This document shows positions 7,782-15,984 of a stretch of 24,159 bases of DNA, piece by piece. The notes beneath the pieces were generated by a model. The model was not told the DNA's origin, searched no databases, and was given only the letters and a program-made list of their open reading frames with translations. The stretch is from a virus. Taxonomy: Duplodnaviria > Caudoviricetes. The position numbers were made by a program, and so were the translations under genes. Position 1 is the first letter of the stretch. Each line of letters starts with the position of its first letter. The stretch covers positions 1 to 24,159 of IMG/VR virus record IMGVR_UViG_3300036868_000006; one strand, written 5' to 3'.

Positions 7782-9767
7782 ATGACCTTCCCGACTACGC
7801 AGCTTCTCGACAACTTCAACCGATCAGACATCGCGGCTCTTCCGAGTCCGTGGGCTAGTTGGTGGTCTCCCGGCAATACGTTTGAGAATTTTAATCAACA
7901 TGCCGATTTTCTGATTCCGGGGACTGCGACTGACTATCGCAGCAATGCGACTTACGGACCCGATTGTGAAGTTTGGTGTACGATCGCACAGGTTTCGAGT
8001 GGCGGCGGTAACATCACCATTTGGCTCCGTGGTGACAACGGTGGTGCTAGTGTTAGTGGTTACGGTCTTGAACTGACAGTCTCGGGCGGCGTCGCTACAT
8101 TCAAGATCGGTGTCTACAACGCCACGAACCCCGGCCCACAGGGCACGTTCGGGACGACCCTAGCGTCCACGACGCAAGCCTTTGCTAATGGTGATGGGGT
8201 TGGTTTCTCGGCGATTGGCACGACTCTCACGGCGTGGTATCGCTCCGGTGCGTCCGGTGCGTGGACCGCTATCCTGACAACGACCGACAGCACGTACACC
8301 GCCGCAGGACGTTTAGCGATGACCGGCGTACTCGCCAGCGGAACCAACTGGCAGATCGAAGACTTCGGCGGCGGCACGTTCGGCACCGTCCCTCAGCATA
8401 CTCCGACAGGGCCGTCTGTTGGTTGCGGAGATCGACTCGCTCTCGAAGACGGCAGCGGCGTTGTGTTGCTCGAATACACAGCGCTGCTCACAGAAACCGA
8501 TGGCGACATCGCACTCGAAACCCCGGCTGACGGGTCGGGCGGTGGTGTTCTTCTCTTCGAGTGGGGTATCGATTCGCGGATGCTCGTCGAGAACCCCGAT
8601 CCTTGGGGTATCATGCTCGAAGACCGCTCAGGCTTTCTACAAGCTGAGAGCGGCGGGACTGTCATCCTCGAAGAGGCGACGGTTGTAGACGGCCTTCAGC
8701 TTGAAAGCGGTGTAGGCAACCTCGAAGCCGAAGACGGTCGGACGATTCGGCTCGAAGAGATGCCGCGCGGACATGTTCTGTTGGAAGATAGTTCGGGCGC
8801 GCTGATCGAAGAAGACGGTTCTTCGTATATCCTGCTCGATCAAGCACCGGACAGTAGCGACGCGTGCGATGGCATGCTGCTCGAAGACGGTAGCGGGTAC
8901 ATTCAGCTTAACAACCCGCGACCCTCGCCGACAGACGCGATCCTAGTCAACAACCGCGTCATCTCCGGGACAGCGAGCATCACGCAGCCCGCTGCGAGCC
9001 TCGATGCGGTGGGTACGGTTCCTGTCACTGGTACGGCGGATGTTACACAGCCCGCCGCGTCTCTTGACGCTGTTGCGGTGGAGCGCTTCACAGCTACGGG
9101 CTCTGTCACTCAACCGGCCGCATCGTTGGACGCGACAGCGAAAGAGCGTTTCACGGCGACGGCTGATGTCACTCAGCCCGCTGCGAGCCTGGACGCGACG
9201 GCGAAGGAGCGTTTCACCGCCACGGCGAGCGTGACTCAACCCCCGGCGAGTCTCGATGCGGTTGCGAAGGAAAGATTCACCGCGAGCGCTGACGTAACAC
9301 AACCAGCCGCTAGCTTGGACGCGGTAGCGAAGGAAAAATTCGTAGCAACCGCAAGCGTGACTCAGCCTGCGGCTTCTCTCGACGCGACGGCGAAAGAGCG
9401 GTTCGTGGCGTCTGGCTCTGTAACGGAGTCACCCGCAAGCCTGGACGCGTCGGGCACTGTAACCGAGACGGGTGTTGTCGGCGACGGTTCTGTGACACAA
9501 CCGGCCGCGAGCCTGGACGCGATGGGTTCTGTCACTGTGACGAACGTCACAGGAACAGCATCGGTCACGCAACCGGCCGCGTCTCTCGACATGAACGGCA
9601 GTGTGACCAACCCGCCGAGTCCTCCCAAGGTTGTGTCCAACGGACCGGGCGGTGCGTATCCGTTGAAGCCGAGACGGCGTCCGGATTGGCTCGATCAGGT
9701 TGAACGTGAGCCACAAACGAAAACCAAAAAGACGGCGGCAGTACTACTTGAACTAGGAGTCCTATAA
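7782..9767 (+). CDS. Repeat-rich fibre-like protein (661 aa): N-terminal beta-sandwich/lectin-like domain, acidic LLEDG repeats, 21-aa stalk repeats
   Basis: LLDNFNRSD start, a Trp/Gly/Thr-rich beta domain, then two repeat blocks. ATG 7782 is preferred over TTG 7761, which lies inside the hairpin. Confidence 0.65.
   Translation: MTFPTTQLLDNFNRSDIAALPSPWASWWSPGNTFENFNQHADFLIPGTATDYRSNATYGPDCEVWCTIAQVSSGGGNITIWLRGDNGGASVSGYGLELTVSGGVATFKIGVYNATNPGPQGTFGTTLASTTQAFANGDGVGFSAIGTTLTAWYRSGASGAWTAILTTTDSTYTAAGRLAMTGVLASGTNWQIEDFGGGTFGTVPQHTPTGPSVGCGDRLALEDGSGVVLLEYTALLTETDGDIALETPADGSGGGVLLFEWGIDSRMLVENPDPWGIMLEDRSGFLQAESGGTVILEEATVVDGLQLESGVGNLEAEDGRTIRLEEMPRGHVLLEDSSGALIEEDGSSYILLDQAPDSSDACDGMLLEDGSGYIQLNNPRPSPTDAILVNNRVISGTASITQPAASLDAVGTVPVTGTADVTQPAASLDAVAVERFTATGSVTQPAASLDATAKERFTATADVTQPAASLDATAKERFTATASVTQPPASLDAVAKERFTASADVTQPAASLDAVAKEKFVATASVTQPAASLDATAKERFVASGSVTESPASLDASGTVTETGVVGDGSVTQPAASLDAMGSVTVTNVTGTASVTQPAASLDMNGSVTNPPSPPKVVSNGPGGAYPLKPRRRPDWLDQVEREPQTKTKKTAAVLLELGVL
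8430..8910 (+). repeat. Degenerate acidic (L/I)(L/A)LE(D/S)G(S)G repeats within the CDS
   Basis: LALEDGSGVVLLE, IMLEDRSGFLQAE, LQLESGVGNLEAEDG, VLLEDSSGALIEEDGSS, MLLEDGSGYIQL. Confidence 0.8.
8964..9610 (+). repeat. Ten tandem ~21-aa (63-nt) repeats, consensus TATASVTQPAASLDAxAKERF
   Basis: ASLD core counted ten times in the translation. Codons differ between copies. Confidence 0.95.
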
Positions 9768-11776
9768 TGGACATCATCGAAAAAGAGTGGAACGAGGCAG
9801 ATCACCCGCGCGAGCCGAAAGGCACAGCGGCGGGTGGACGGTTTGCCGGGGGCGGTGGCCCGAATGCCGGGCCAGGGTGGGCGAATCTCGGCGATGGCGT
9901 GATGGGGCCGACCGGGCACCCGATGAACGACGTGACGTGGGACGCTGTACCCGGTCATGATCAGTTCAACGTGCGCGAAAAGTTCTTGCAAGATTGGGTC
10001 GGTTGGGCGAAGAAGCACGGCCCCGACGACTGGAAGTTGAATACGCTCGTGGACCGCGCCGCCGACAAGTGGGACTCCATGAGCGCAGCCGACAAAATCT
10101 CCTACGCTCGTCGCCTGCCCGCCGATATGTTCGAGCGACCCGCACAGGTGGGCGACCTGGGCACCGAGAAACCGCTCGCGCCGGGTCTGCCGTCCGACCA
10201 GCTAGGCGAAGAGCCTCGTGCCGGACACCCCGAGGGCGGAAAGACCGAAGATCAGCCCGAGCCTGAGCAGGAAGCCTTCAGCACGGGCGCGGAGCCTCAG
10301 GCTGAAGAAGATGAAGGTCCTACCCCACAGCCCGAAGAGTGGGGCGAGTTGAACGGCAGACAGCAAGATCGGGTATACGAGAAGTGGAAGGAAGAAACCC
10401 ACGACGACTTCGTGCGCGATAACGTTGAAATGTGGCGCGAAGACGAGTCCAACTTTGAGGGCATTCCGAAGGAAGTAGCTGAGGACTCAGATTTCGGTGA
10501 GCAGGAGTTGAAGGACATCAACAACGGCTATTATCCTGGTGAGCGTCCGGCCGGTATCGATGACAGCGGTGGCGGAACACCGGCTGCGCACGACGAAGAG
10601 AATCAGCGAGCAGCGGCGTGGCGGGACCACTTCGCGATCGATGACTCGTTTCAGAACGGCGCATTCTCGTGGGACGACGAGGGCAACCTTTCCGTGGACA
10701 CTGACAAGCTGGTGTTCCGCGACAACCCGCACGAGGGACCCGAGGCTGAGCGTCAGCAATTGATCCCCGGCGTGTCGCGTGAAGAGATGTCGAGCGCGTA
10801 CAAGAAGGCCGAGTGGGCAAAGGTGAAGGACGACTTCGAGGAGCAGTTCAAGGAGAAGTTCGAGGCTGAGGTTCAGTCTCGAACCGAGAAGCTGAAGGAG
10901 AACCCGCCCGACTACCTCGAAGACGTTGACGAATATCAGTCCGAGGCGTGGGACAACATGGACGACCGCGAGAAGTGGCGTCATGCGAAGAATTACCTGT
11001 CTGACTTACAGGGCGACGGTGGCGACGAGTCAGGTGGGTCGCGCGGTGAGGGTATTGCAGGTACGGTCGGACCGAGCGCGGAAGACGCGCCCGAGCAGAA
11101 GAAGATTCAGAAGCTAGAGCCTGTGTCGAAAAAGAACCTGGGCGGCGGGGTCAGTGTGTCGAAGATCGTGACCATGAAGGACGGCTCGAAATTCGTGTGG
11201 AAACCAAGCACGGGTGAGGCGAATGTTCGCGACGGCATCGAGGCAGGAGTGCAGTACCAGCGTGAGGTAGCCGCGTATGACATTGCGAAGGTGGTTGGAA
11301 TGAAGAACCTGATGCCGGTGTCGTCGATCGTGAAGTACGAGGGGAACTACGGGGTCATGATGCAGATGATCCCGCACGCGCACAACGACGGCACCGAAGG
11401 TGACTCGGAATTCGAGAACACGGCGAAGCGTGGAACGATCTTCGACTTCGTGATCGGCAACACCGATCGACACGGGGCCAACTGGATGTCCGACGACAAC
11501 GGCAAGTTGTGGTTGATCGACCACGGACTTTCGTTTTCCACGGGCGGCGATCGTGTGCGGTTCGGGCTGTGGGGTAGTGCCGTGCACGACACGAACAACG
11601 ATGATGCGATCACCGAGGCGTTCGTTAAGCCGTGGCGTGGGAAGTGGGACAAGATCGAAACGATCCTAGAGCGACGGCATATCGAGAGCGACGCGGTCGA
11701 AGCTGCGAAGGAACGATATGATCTACTGATGCGAAAAGGCGTCACGTGGCGAGACCTATTCGAGCACGGGGAGTGA
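9767..11776 (+). CDS. Acidic multidomain protein with a C-terminal PI3/PI4-kinase/HipA-like kinase domain (669 aa)
   Basis: LGGGVS glycine loop, FVWKP lysine, REVAAY, FDFVIGNTDRHGANW catalytic loop, and LIDHGLSF at about 11100-11776. N-terminal EKEWNEADHPRE...GGRF tag. Confidence 0.8.
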   Translation: MDIIEKEWNEADHPREPKGTAAGGRFAGGGGPNAGPGWANLGDGVMGPTGHPMNDVTWDAVPGHDQFNVREKFLQDWVGWAKKHGPDDWKLNTLVDRAADKWDSMSAADKISYARRLPADMFERPAQVGDLGTEKPLAPGLPSDQLGEEPRAGHPEGGKTEDQPEPEQEAFSTGAEPQAEEDEGPTPQPEEWGELNGRQQDRVYEKWKEETHDDFVRDNVEMWREDESNFEGIPKEVAEDSDFGEQELKDINNGYYPGERPAGIDDSGGGTPAAHDEENQRAAAWRDHFAIDDSFQNGAFSWDDEGNLSVDTDKLVFRDNPHEGPEAERQQLIPGVSREEMSSAYKKAEWAKVKDDFEEQFKEKFEAEVQSRTEKLKENPPDYLEDVDEYQSEAWDNMDDREKWRHAKNYLSDLQGDGGDESGGSRGEGIAGTVGPSAEDAPEQKKIQKLEPVSKKNLGGGVSVSKIVTMKDGSKFVWKPSTGEANVRDGIEAGVQYQREVAAYDIAKVVGMKNLMPVSSIVKYEGNYGVMMQMIPHAHNDGTEGDSEFENTAKRGTIFDFVIGNTDRHGANWMSDDNGKLWLIDHGLSFSTGGDRVRFGLWGSAVHDTNNDDAITEAFVKPWRGKWDKIETILERRHIESDAVEAAKERYDLLMRKGVTWRDLFEHGE

Positions 11777-14619
11777 TGATGAAAGCGATCGTCTACGGCT
11801 ACTCTGGTGACAAACATGTAACGTTGGGTGAGATTCGTCTGCGAGGCGACAAACTCGTGTATGCAATTCATCCCAATGCGGGCAACCACGACCGGGCGCG
11901 CGACGTGCTCTCGACGATGATCAAGGAGGGCATGGGCTCCGACCCGAAGGTGTGGCTGAAGTACTTGCCTCACATGTACTCGGGGACGTACCTCCGGGCG
12001 AAGTTCGTGGACGACCTACCGCCGATCCAGCCGCGACACGGGTTGCACTGGCCGAAGCACTTCGAGCCCGCGACGGTGGCGAAGGAGTTCAACCCGGACC
12101 AGCCGCGCGACGAGTCTGGCAAGTGGACGAGCGGTGGCGGAAGTGTGCGTGCTCAGCAAGCGGCGTCGGACTACATGAAGGGCCGGGGTGAGACCTACAC
12201 TCCGCCGACGAAGCAACCGTACGACGAGAAGCGCGCGGCACAGGTGGCCGACGCGTACGACAAGATGCCGAACACACCGAACGACCCGGAGACGCTGGAC
12301 AGCTACCACGCGATGGCTGACGAGTCGGCGGCGCAGTACCACGCGATGGCGAAGACCGGCATGAAGGTTGAGGCTGTCGCGCCGGGCCAGCCGGACCCGT
12401 ACAAGAACGCCGACGAGATGATCAAGGACGCAGTCGAGAACAACCACATGTGGTACTACCCGACCACGAGCGGATTCGGGCCTGAGGGTGCGACGGCGGA
12501 TCAGCGGTTGCCGATGCTTCAGGACTCGGGCATCAAGGACTCGAACGGACGGCCGATGCTGAAGAACGACGTGTTCCGGGTGGTGCACGACTATTTTGGA
12601 CACGTGAAGGACAACAACAACTTCCGGCCGGAGGGCGAAGAGGCCGCATGGCGATCGCACTCGGGCATGTTCTCGCCGAAGGCTCGCCGGGTGATGACGA
12701 CCGAGACGCGCGGGCAGACCAATTGGGTGTACTACGGCCCGTACGGCGAGCAGAACCGCAACGCCAAGGACTCGGCCGGGGTCCGGTTCGCGGACCAGAA
12801 GATCGGACTGCTCCCTGAAGAGTACGTGTACAAGGCGTTCGACGAGGCTCAGCACCCGCGCGACGATGCGGGCAAGTTCTCCGAAGCCGGTGGCGCAGGC
12901 ATCGCGCGCACGGACTGGCAGGCGAGCCCGTCTGCCGAGACGTTCATCGCCGAGCGGGACAAGAACCCGCGCCGGGACTTCATGAGCCACCTGAACCCCG
13001 AGGACCTAAAGGACAGCAAGATCATTCTGAGCGAGGACGGCAAGGCCGGAGCCACGGTCGCACCGGACGGGGACATTCAGAACGTGTTCCGCAACCCCGG
13101 TGCTCCGAAAGGCTCCGGGACTGCGGCGGCGCTCGAAGCGGTCAAGCACGGCGGCAAGATGCTCGACTGCTACGACTACGAACGCAAAGGGCGCGAGGGC
13201 CTGCCCGACGTGTACCGCAAGGCGGGGTTCGTCGAGACCGGGCGCATGAAGTTCAACCCGGCCTACCGACCGGATTGGGAGGGCCAGGGCCGAACCCCCG
13301 ACGTGGTCTTCATGGCCTACGTGGGCGGCGACCAGTCTGCGAGCCCGAAGTCCGACCGCTACTACGGCAGCACAGAGTGGGACAAAGCCAAGGAAGACAG
13401 CAAGGCTGCGGCGAAGCCGCCACGCACCGCGAAGGCTCTGACCCTCGATGACGAGAACAAAAAAATCGCAGAGAACAAGAAGCGGTGGCAGTACCGCACG
13501 CACCGGTTCGCTCCGGCCAACTTCACCGCTGGCAACGGACACCCCCGGTGCATTCGTTGCGGGGACGAGGAGCCGGTGGACGGGCTCTGCATCCCGAGCC
13601 TGAAGAAGTGGGACCGGATGCTGACAGCCTGGACCGAGAAGTTCGAGAGTGATTGGAATGGTACAATAGACTCAGGAGGGAATATGTCGGCCGGTTGGAT
13701 CGCTCAATTCCACTCGAAATGCATCGAAAAGGGTGCGGTCTGCAAAGTCGCGTGGCCTGCCTGCCCTGTCGGCAAGTCCGACACGATCGCCAAGTACATC
13801 ACCGGTCACAACGGCAAGTTCCAAGTGCATGCCGAGTCTGGCAAAGTGCTCGGGACGCACGACACGAAAGCCGACGCCGAGGCTCAGCTTCGAGCGATCG
13901 AGGCGCACAAGCACGGCACCGGTAAGGACGTTCAGTGGCCGGTCGAACCGAGCACACCGGGCTACGGAAAGAAGCCTCTCCAAGGCGAGAAGGCCCCCAA
14001 TCAGAAGAGCGAAGAGATCGCACTGGACGACGCTACGATCGATGCTCTGAAGTCGGCATGGCAAGCATTTGCCAAGTCCATCGGACTCGTGTTCAAAAGC
14101 GAGGACGTGATGGCCGAGCCGATCGACACGAACGTCTACCGCATCGAGGCTGTAGGAAAGCGCGCGTACTTCCTGGCCGAGGGCGGCAAGGCTGAGCGGA
14201 TCGAGTACCATCGCAAGGATGCGTTCGTCACAGTGCAAAAGTCCGAGAAGATGCGATACACGCTGGGCGCGGTCTACGCGCCGGGCGAGGTTGACTTCCA
14301 CGGCGATACGATGACCGAGGCCGAGTTGGAGAAAGCGGCTTGGGCATTCGCGAAGAAGGACGGGCTCACGAAGCGCGTGGGTCTGATGCACCAGAGCGGC
14401 ACCGATGGCGCGGGCGACATCGTCGAGTCGTACATCTATCGCGGCCCGGAGTGGAAGTTCAAGGACACGAAGGGCAACGAACAGACGATCGTGCCGGGTA
14501 CCTGGATGTTGGGCACCGTGTGGACGCCTGAGTCCTGGACAAAAATCGAGCGCGGCGCAGTGAACGGATATTCGCTCCAAGGTGTCGCGAGAAAGTTCGC
14601 GAACGGAGAGGAAGTGTAA
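11776..14619 (+). CDS. Multidomain protein (~947 aa) with a C-terminal XkdF-type prohead serine protease, plus HDxxGH and GNAT-like domains
   Basis: C-terminus RYTLGAVYAPGEVDFHGD...ELEKAAWAF...LMHQ...IVESYI...GTWMLG...W.KI..G..NGYSLQG fits the XkdF-like protease family. FRVVHDYFGH...GEEAAW at about 12580. GDIQNVF...LDCYD...LPDVYRKAGFVETGR at about 13070-13250. The start could be 11773, 11776 or 11779. Confidence 0.85.
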   Translation: MMKAIVYGYSGDKHVTLGEIRLRGDKLVYAIHPNAGNHDRARDVLSTMIKEGMGSDPKVWLKYLPHMYSGTYLRAKFVDDLPPIQPRHGLHWPKHFEPATVAKEFNPDQPRDESGKWTSGGGSVRAQQAASDYMKGRGETYTPPTKQPYDEKRAAQVADAYDKMPNTPNDPETLDSYHAMADESAAQYHAMAKTGMKVEAVAPGQPDPYKNADEMIKDAVENNHMWYYPTTSGFGPEGATADQRLPMLQDSGIKDSNGRPMLKNDVFRVVHDYFGHVKDNNNFRPEGEEAAWRSHSGMFSPKARRVMTTETRGQTNWVYYGPYGEQNRNAKDSAGVRFADQKIGLLPEEYVYKAFDEAQHPRDDAGKFSEAGGAGIARTDWQASPSAETFIAERDKNPRRDFMSHLNPEDLKDSKIILSEDGKAGATVAPDGDIQNVFRNPGAPKGSGTAAALEAVKHGGKMLDCYDYERKGREGLPDVYRKAGFVETGRMKFNPAYRPDWEGQGRTPDVVFMAYVGGDQSASPKSDRYYGSTEWDKAKEDSKAAAKPPRTAKALTLDDENKKIAENKKRWQYRTHRFAPANFTAGNGHPRCIRCGDEEPVDGLCIPSLKKWDRMLTAWTEKFESDWNGTIDSGGNMSAGWIAQFHSKCIEKGAVCKVAWPACPVGKSDTIAKYITGHNGKFQVHAESGKVLGTHDTKADAEAQLRAIEAHKHGTGKDVQWPVEPSTPGYGKKPLQGEKAPNQKSEEIALDDATIDALKSAWQAFAKSIGLVFKSEDVMAEPIDTNVYRIEAVGKRAYFLAEGGKAERIEYHRKDAFVTVQKSEKMRYTLGAVYAPGEVDFHGDTMTEAELEKAAWAFAKKDGLTKRVGLMHQSGTDGAGDIVESYIYRGPEWKFKDTKGNEQTIVPGTWMLGTVWTPESWTKIERGAVNGYSLQGVARKFANGEEV
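13659..13686 (+). promoter_or_regulatory. Intragenic extended -10 element (TGGTACAAT) + AGGAGG SD + in-frame ATG 13684
   Basis: TGGTACAATAGA is identical to 15888..15899. It is followed by CTCAGGAGGGAATATG, with the ATG in frame with the protease gene. Confidence 0.55.
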
Positions 14620-14624
14620 TCATC

Positions 14625-14999
14625 ATGACTTGGTACAGACAGGACGCGTTCCTTCACCCCGACAACGCCGACTTCGATCCGACGCAGAGCGCGCCGGGCA
14701 AGATCGGCGGCGTGAAGCCATCTCCGGCGACGATGGCTGATCCTCCGAAGAACGCCGTCCGCGAGACGCGAAGCACCGACGAGTCGTTCGAGGAGCGGAA
14801 AGAGACCGCCAACATGGACGACGCCGTTTCGCCGGTCGCGATGGACATGGCCCCGAGCGACGAGCAGTTCTCGCCCGGCCGTCAAGAGGACGGCGAGTTC
14901 GAGGGTGAGCCCGGTTTCTATCACCCCGGCGACGACCGCGATCACCGTGCGATGAACCTGTTCGGTCCCGACGAGGACGAAGAGGCGGCGGAGAACTAA
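14625..14999 (+). CDS. Acidic hypothetical protein, 124 aa, probably disordered
   Basis: Co-directional, fills the gap after the protease gene, GAGGAAG SD upstream, Asp/Glu/Pro-rich. Confidence 0.6.
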   Translation: MTWYRQDAFLHPDNADFDPTQSAPGKIGGVKPSPATMADPPKNAVRETRSTDESFEERKETANMDDAVSPVAMDMAPSDEQFSPGRQEDGEFEGEPGFYHPGDDRDHRAMNLFGPDEDEEAAEN

Positions 15000-15000
15000 G

Positions 15001-15645
15001 ATGCTCAGACGAGACACATTCCTTGGTCAGATTCCCGTCGAGAAGGGCACGCTCGCGCAAGGCGACATCAACATCACGATCCACGGACCGAAGAAGCCGC
15101 CAGAGGAAAAGATGGAGAAGGGCAGCGGCGACTTCACCGATTGCATGTCGCGCATCGTTCCTGCGATGGCAAAAGAGGGCAAGAGTCCGGACGATCCGAA
15201 CGCGTTCTGTGCGTGGTATGAGCACAACCAGTCGGGTCACTGGCCGGGTGAGAAGAGCGTCGGCAAGCGCGATGCGTTTCTCGGCGGCTTCGGTTACGAA
15301 CCCAGCTTCGACGAGATTCTGAAAGCGTGGAGCGACGCGGCTCGCGCGGCTGCTCTCGAAGCGCGGCGTCAGGGTCACTCAGGCGCTCCTGCCGAGCAGT
15401 CTACTCAGGCTGGTGCAGAGACGCATCAGGCTGCGACGAGCATGGGCTGGGAAGCGCGCGGTACCACAGGTGACGGCGCGCAGACCTACGATCATCCTTC
15501 GATGCCGGGTCACGCGATGACCGTGCACGCGAATGGCGCGTGGGAGCACGCGGCTCCGGGCGGCTACAAGGTGCAGGGACAGAACAGTGGCGCGATGTCG
15601 AATTATCTGAACCATCTGCACGGACGCACAGCGCAAGCTGCGTAA
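15001..15645 (+). CDS. Modular hypothetical head-module protein, 214 aa
   Basis: Modules FTDC...DPNAFCAW...GHWPG, K|AWSDAARAAALEARR, and a GW...YxHP...NGxW module, separated by VEK|G, MEK|G, GEK|S and ILK|A. Confidence 0.65.
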   Translation: MLRRDTFLGQIPVEKGTLAQGDINITIHGPKKPPEEKMEKGSGDFTDCMSRIVPAMAKEGKSPDDPNAFCAWYEHNQSGHWPGEKSVGKRDAFLGGFGYEPSFDEILKAWSDAARAAALEARRQGHSGAPAEQSTQAGAETHQAATSMGWEARGTTGDGAQTYDHPSMPGHAMTVHANGAWEHAAPGGYKVQGQNSGAMSNYLNHLHGRTAQAA

Positions 15646-15878
15646 TGGATCGCATGGAGCCGGTTGTCTACAGATGTACCGGCATCAATGAGCACGGAGC
15701 AATCTGCAACAAGGTTCTCTTCGTGTTCACTCCGCCGATCGCGGAGCCGATTCCAGGAGCAGGCGCGCATCGTGCGGACCTGGGCACGATCGAGCAGAAG
15801 TGTCGTCGTTGTAAGACGGTGAACACGTTCAAGATGGGAGAGTACGACACAGCGATTCGGGGCCTGCAAAGGCACTAA
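15645..15878 (+). CDS. Mu Com-like zinc-ribbon regulator, 77 aa
   Basis: YRC...CNKVLF...IEQKCRRCKTVNTF has four cysteines in a Com-like pattern. TAATG overlap. Confidence 0.7.
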   Translation: MDRMEPVVYRCTGINEHGAICNKVLFVFTPPIAEPIPGAGAHRADLGTIEQKCRRCKTVNTFKMGEYDTAIRGLQRH

Positions 15879-15886
15879 TCATCCGT

Positions 15887-15897
15887 GTGGTACAATA
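15887..15897 (+). promoter_or_regulatory. Putative extended -10 promoter (GTGGTACAATA) upstream of scaffold/capsid genes
   Basis: TGn + TACAAT in an intergenic gap. The identical 11-mer occurs at 23394..23404 upstream of the tail tube gene. Confidence 0.65.
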
Positions 15898-15984
15898 GAA
15901 TCATAGTAGCGAAGTAGAGCGAACCCGCCCCGACGAGTCGCGCCTGAGAGCGCCAGAGCCGAGGCAACACCAGAACGAAAGGCT

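Noticed and set aside
8964-9610. Regularly spaced repeats as a CRISPR array
   Set aside because: The 63-nt period is in frame, conserved at the protein level and variable at third positions, with no unique spacers.
6930-9767. Diversity-generating retroelement target in the fibre genes
   Set aside because: No reverse transcriptase and no template/variable repeat pair with adenine-specific mismatches were seen in the window.
11100-12080. HipBA-type toxin-antitoxin pair
   Set aside because: No HTH antitoxin is adjacent, and the kinase is fused to a long acidic tagged region within a structural operon. I cannot exclude that the small N-terminal domain of the next gene is an inhibitor.
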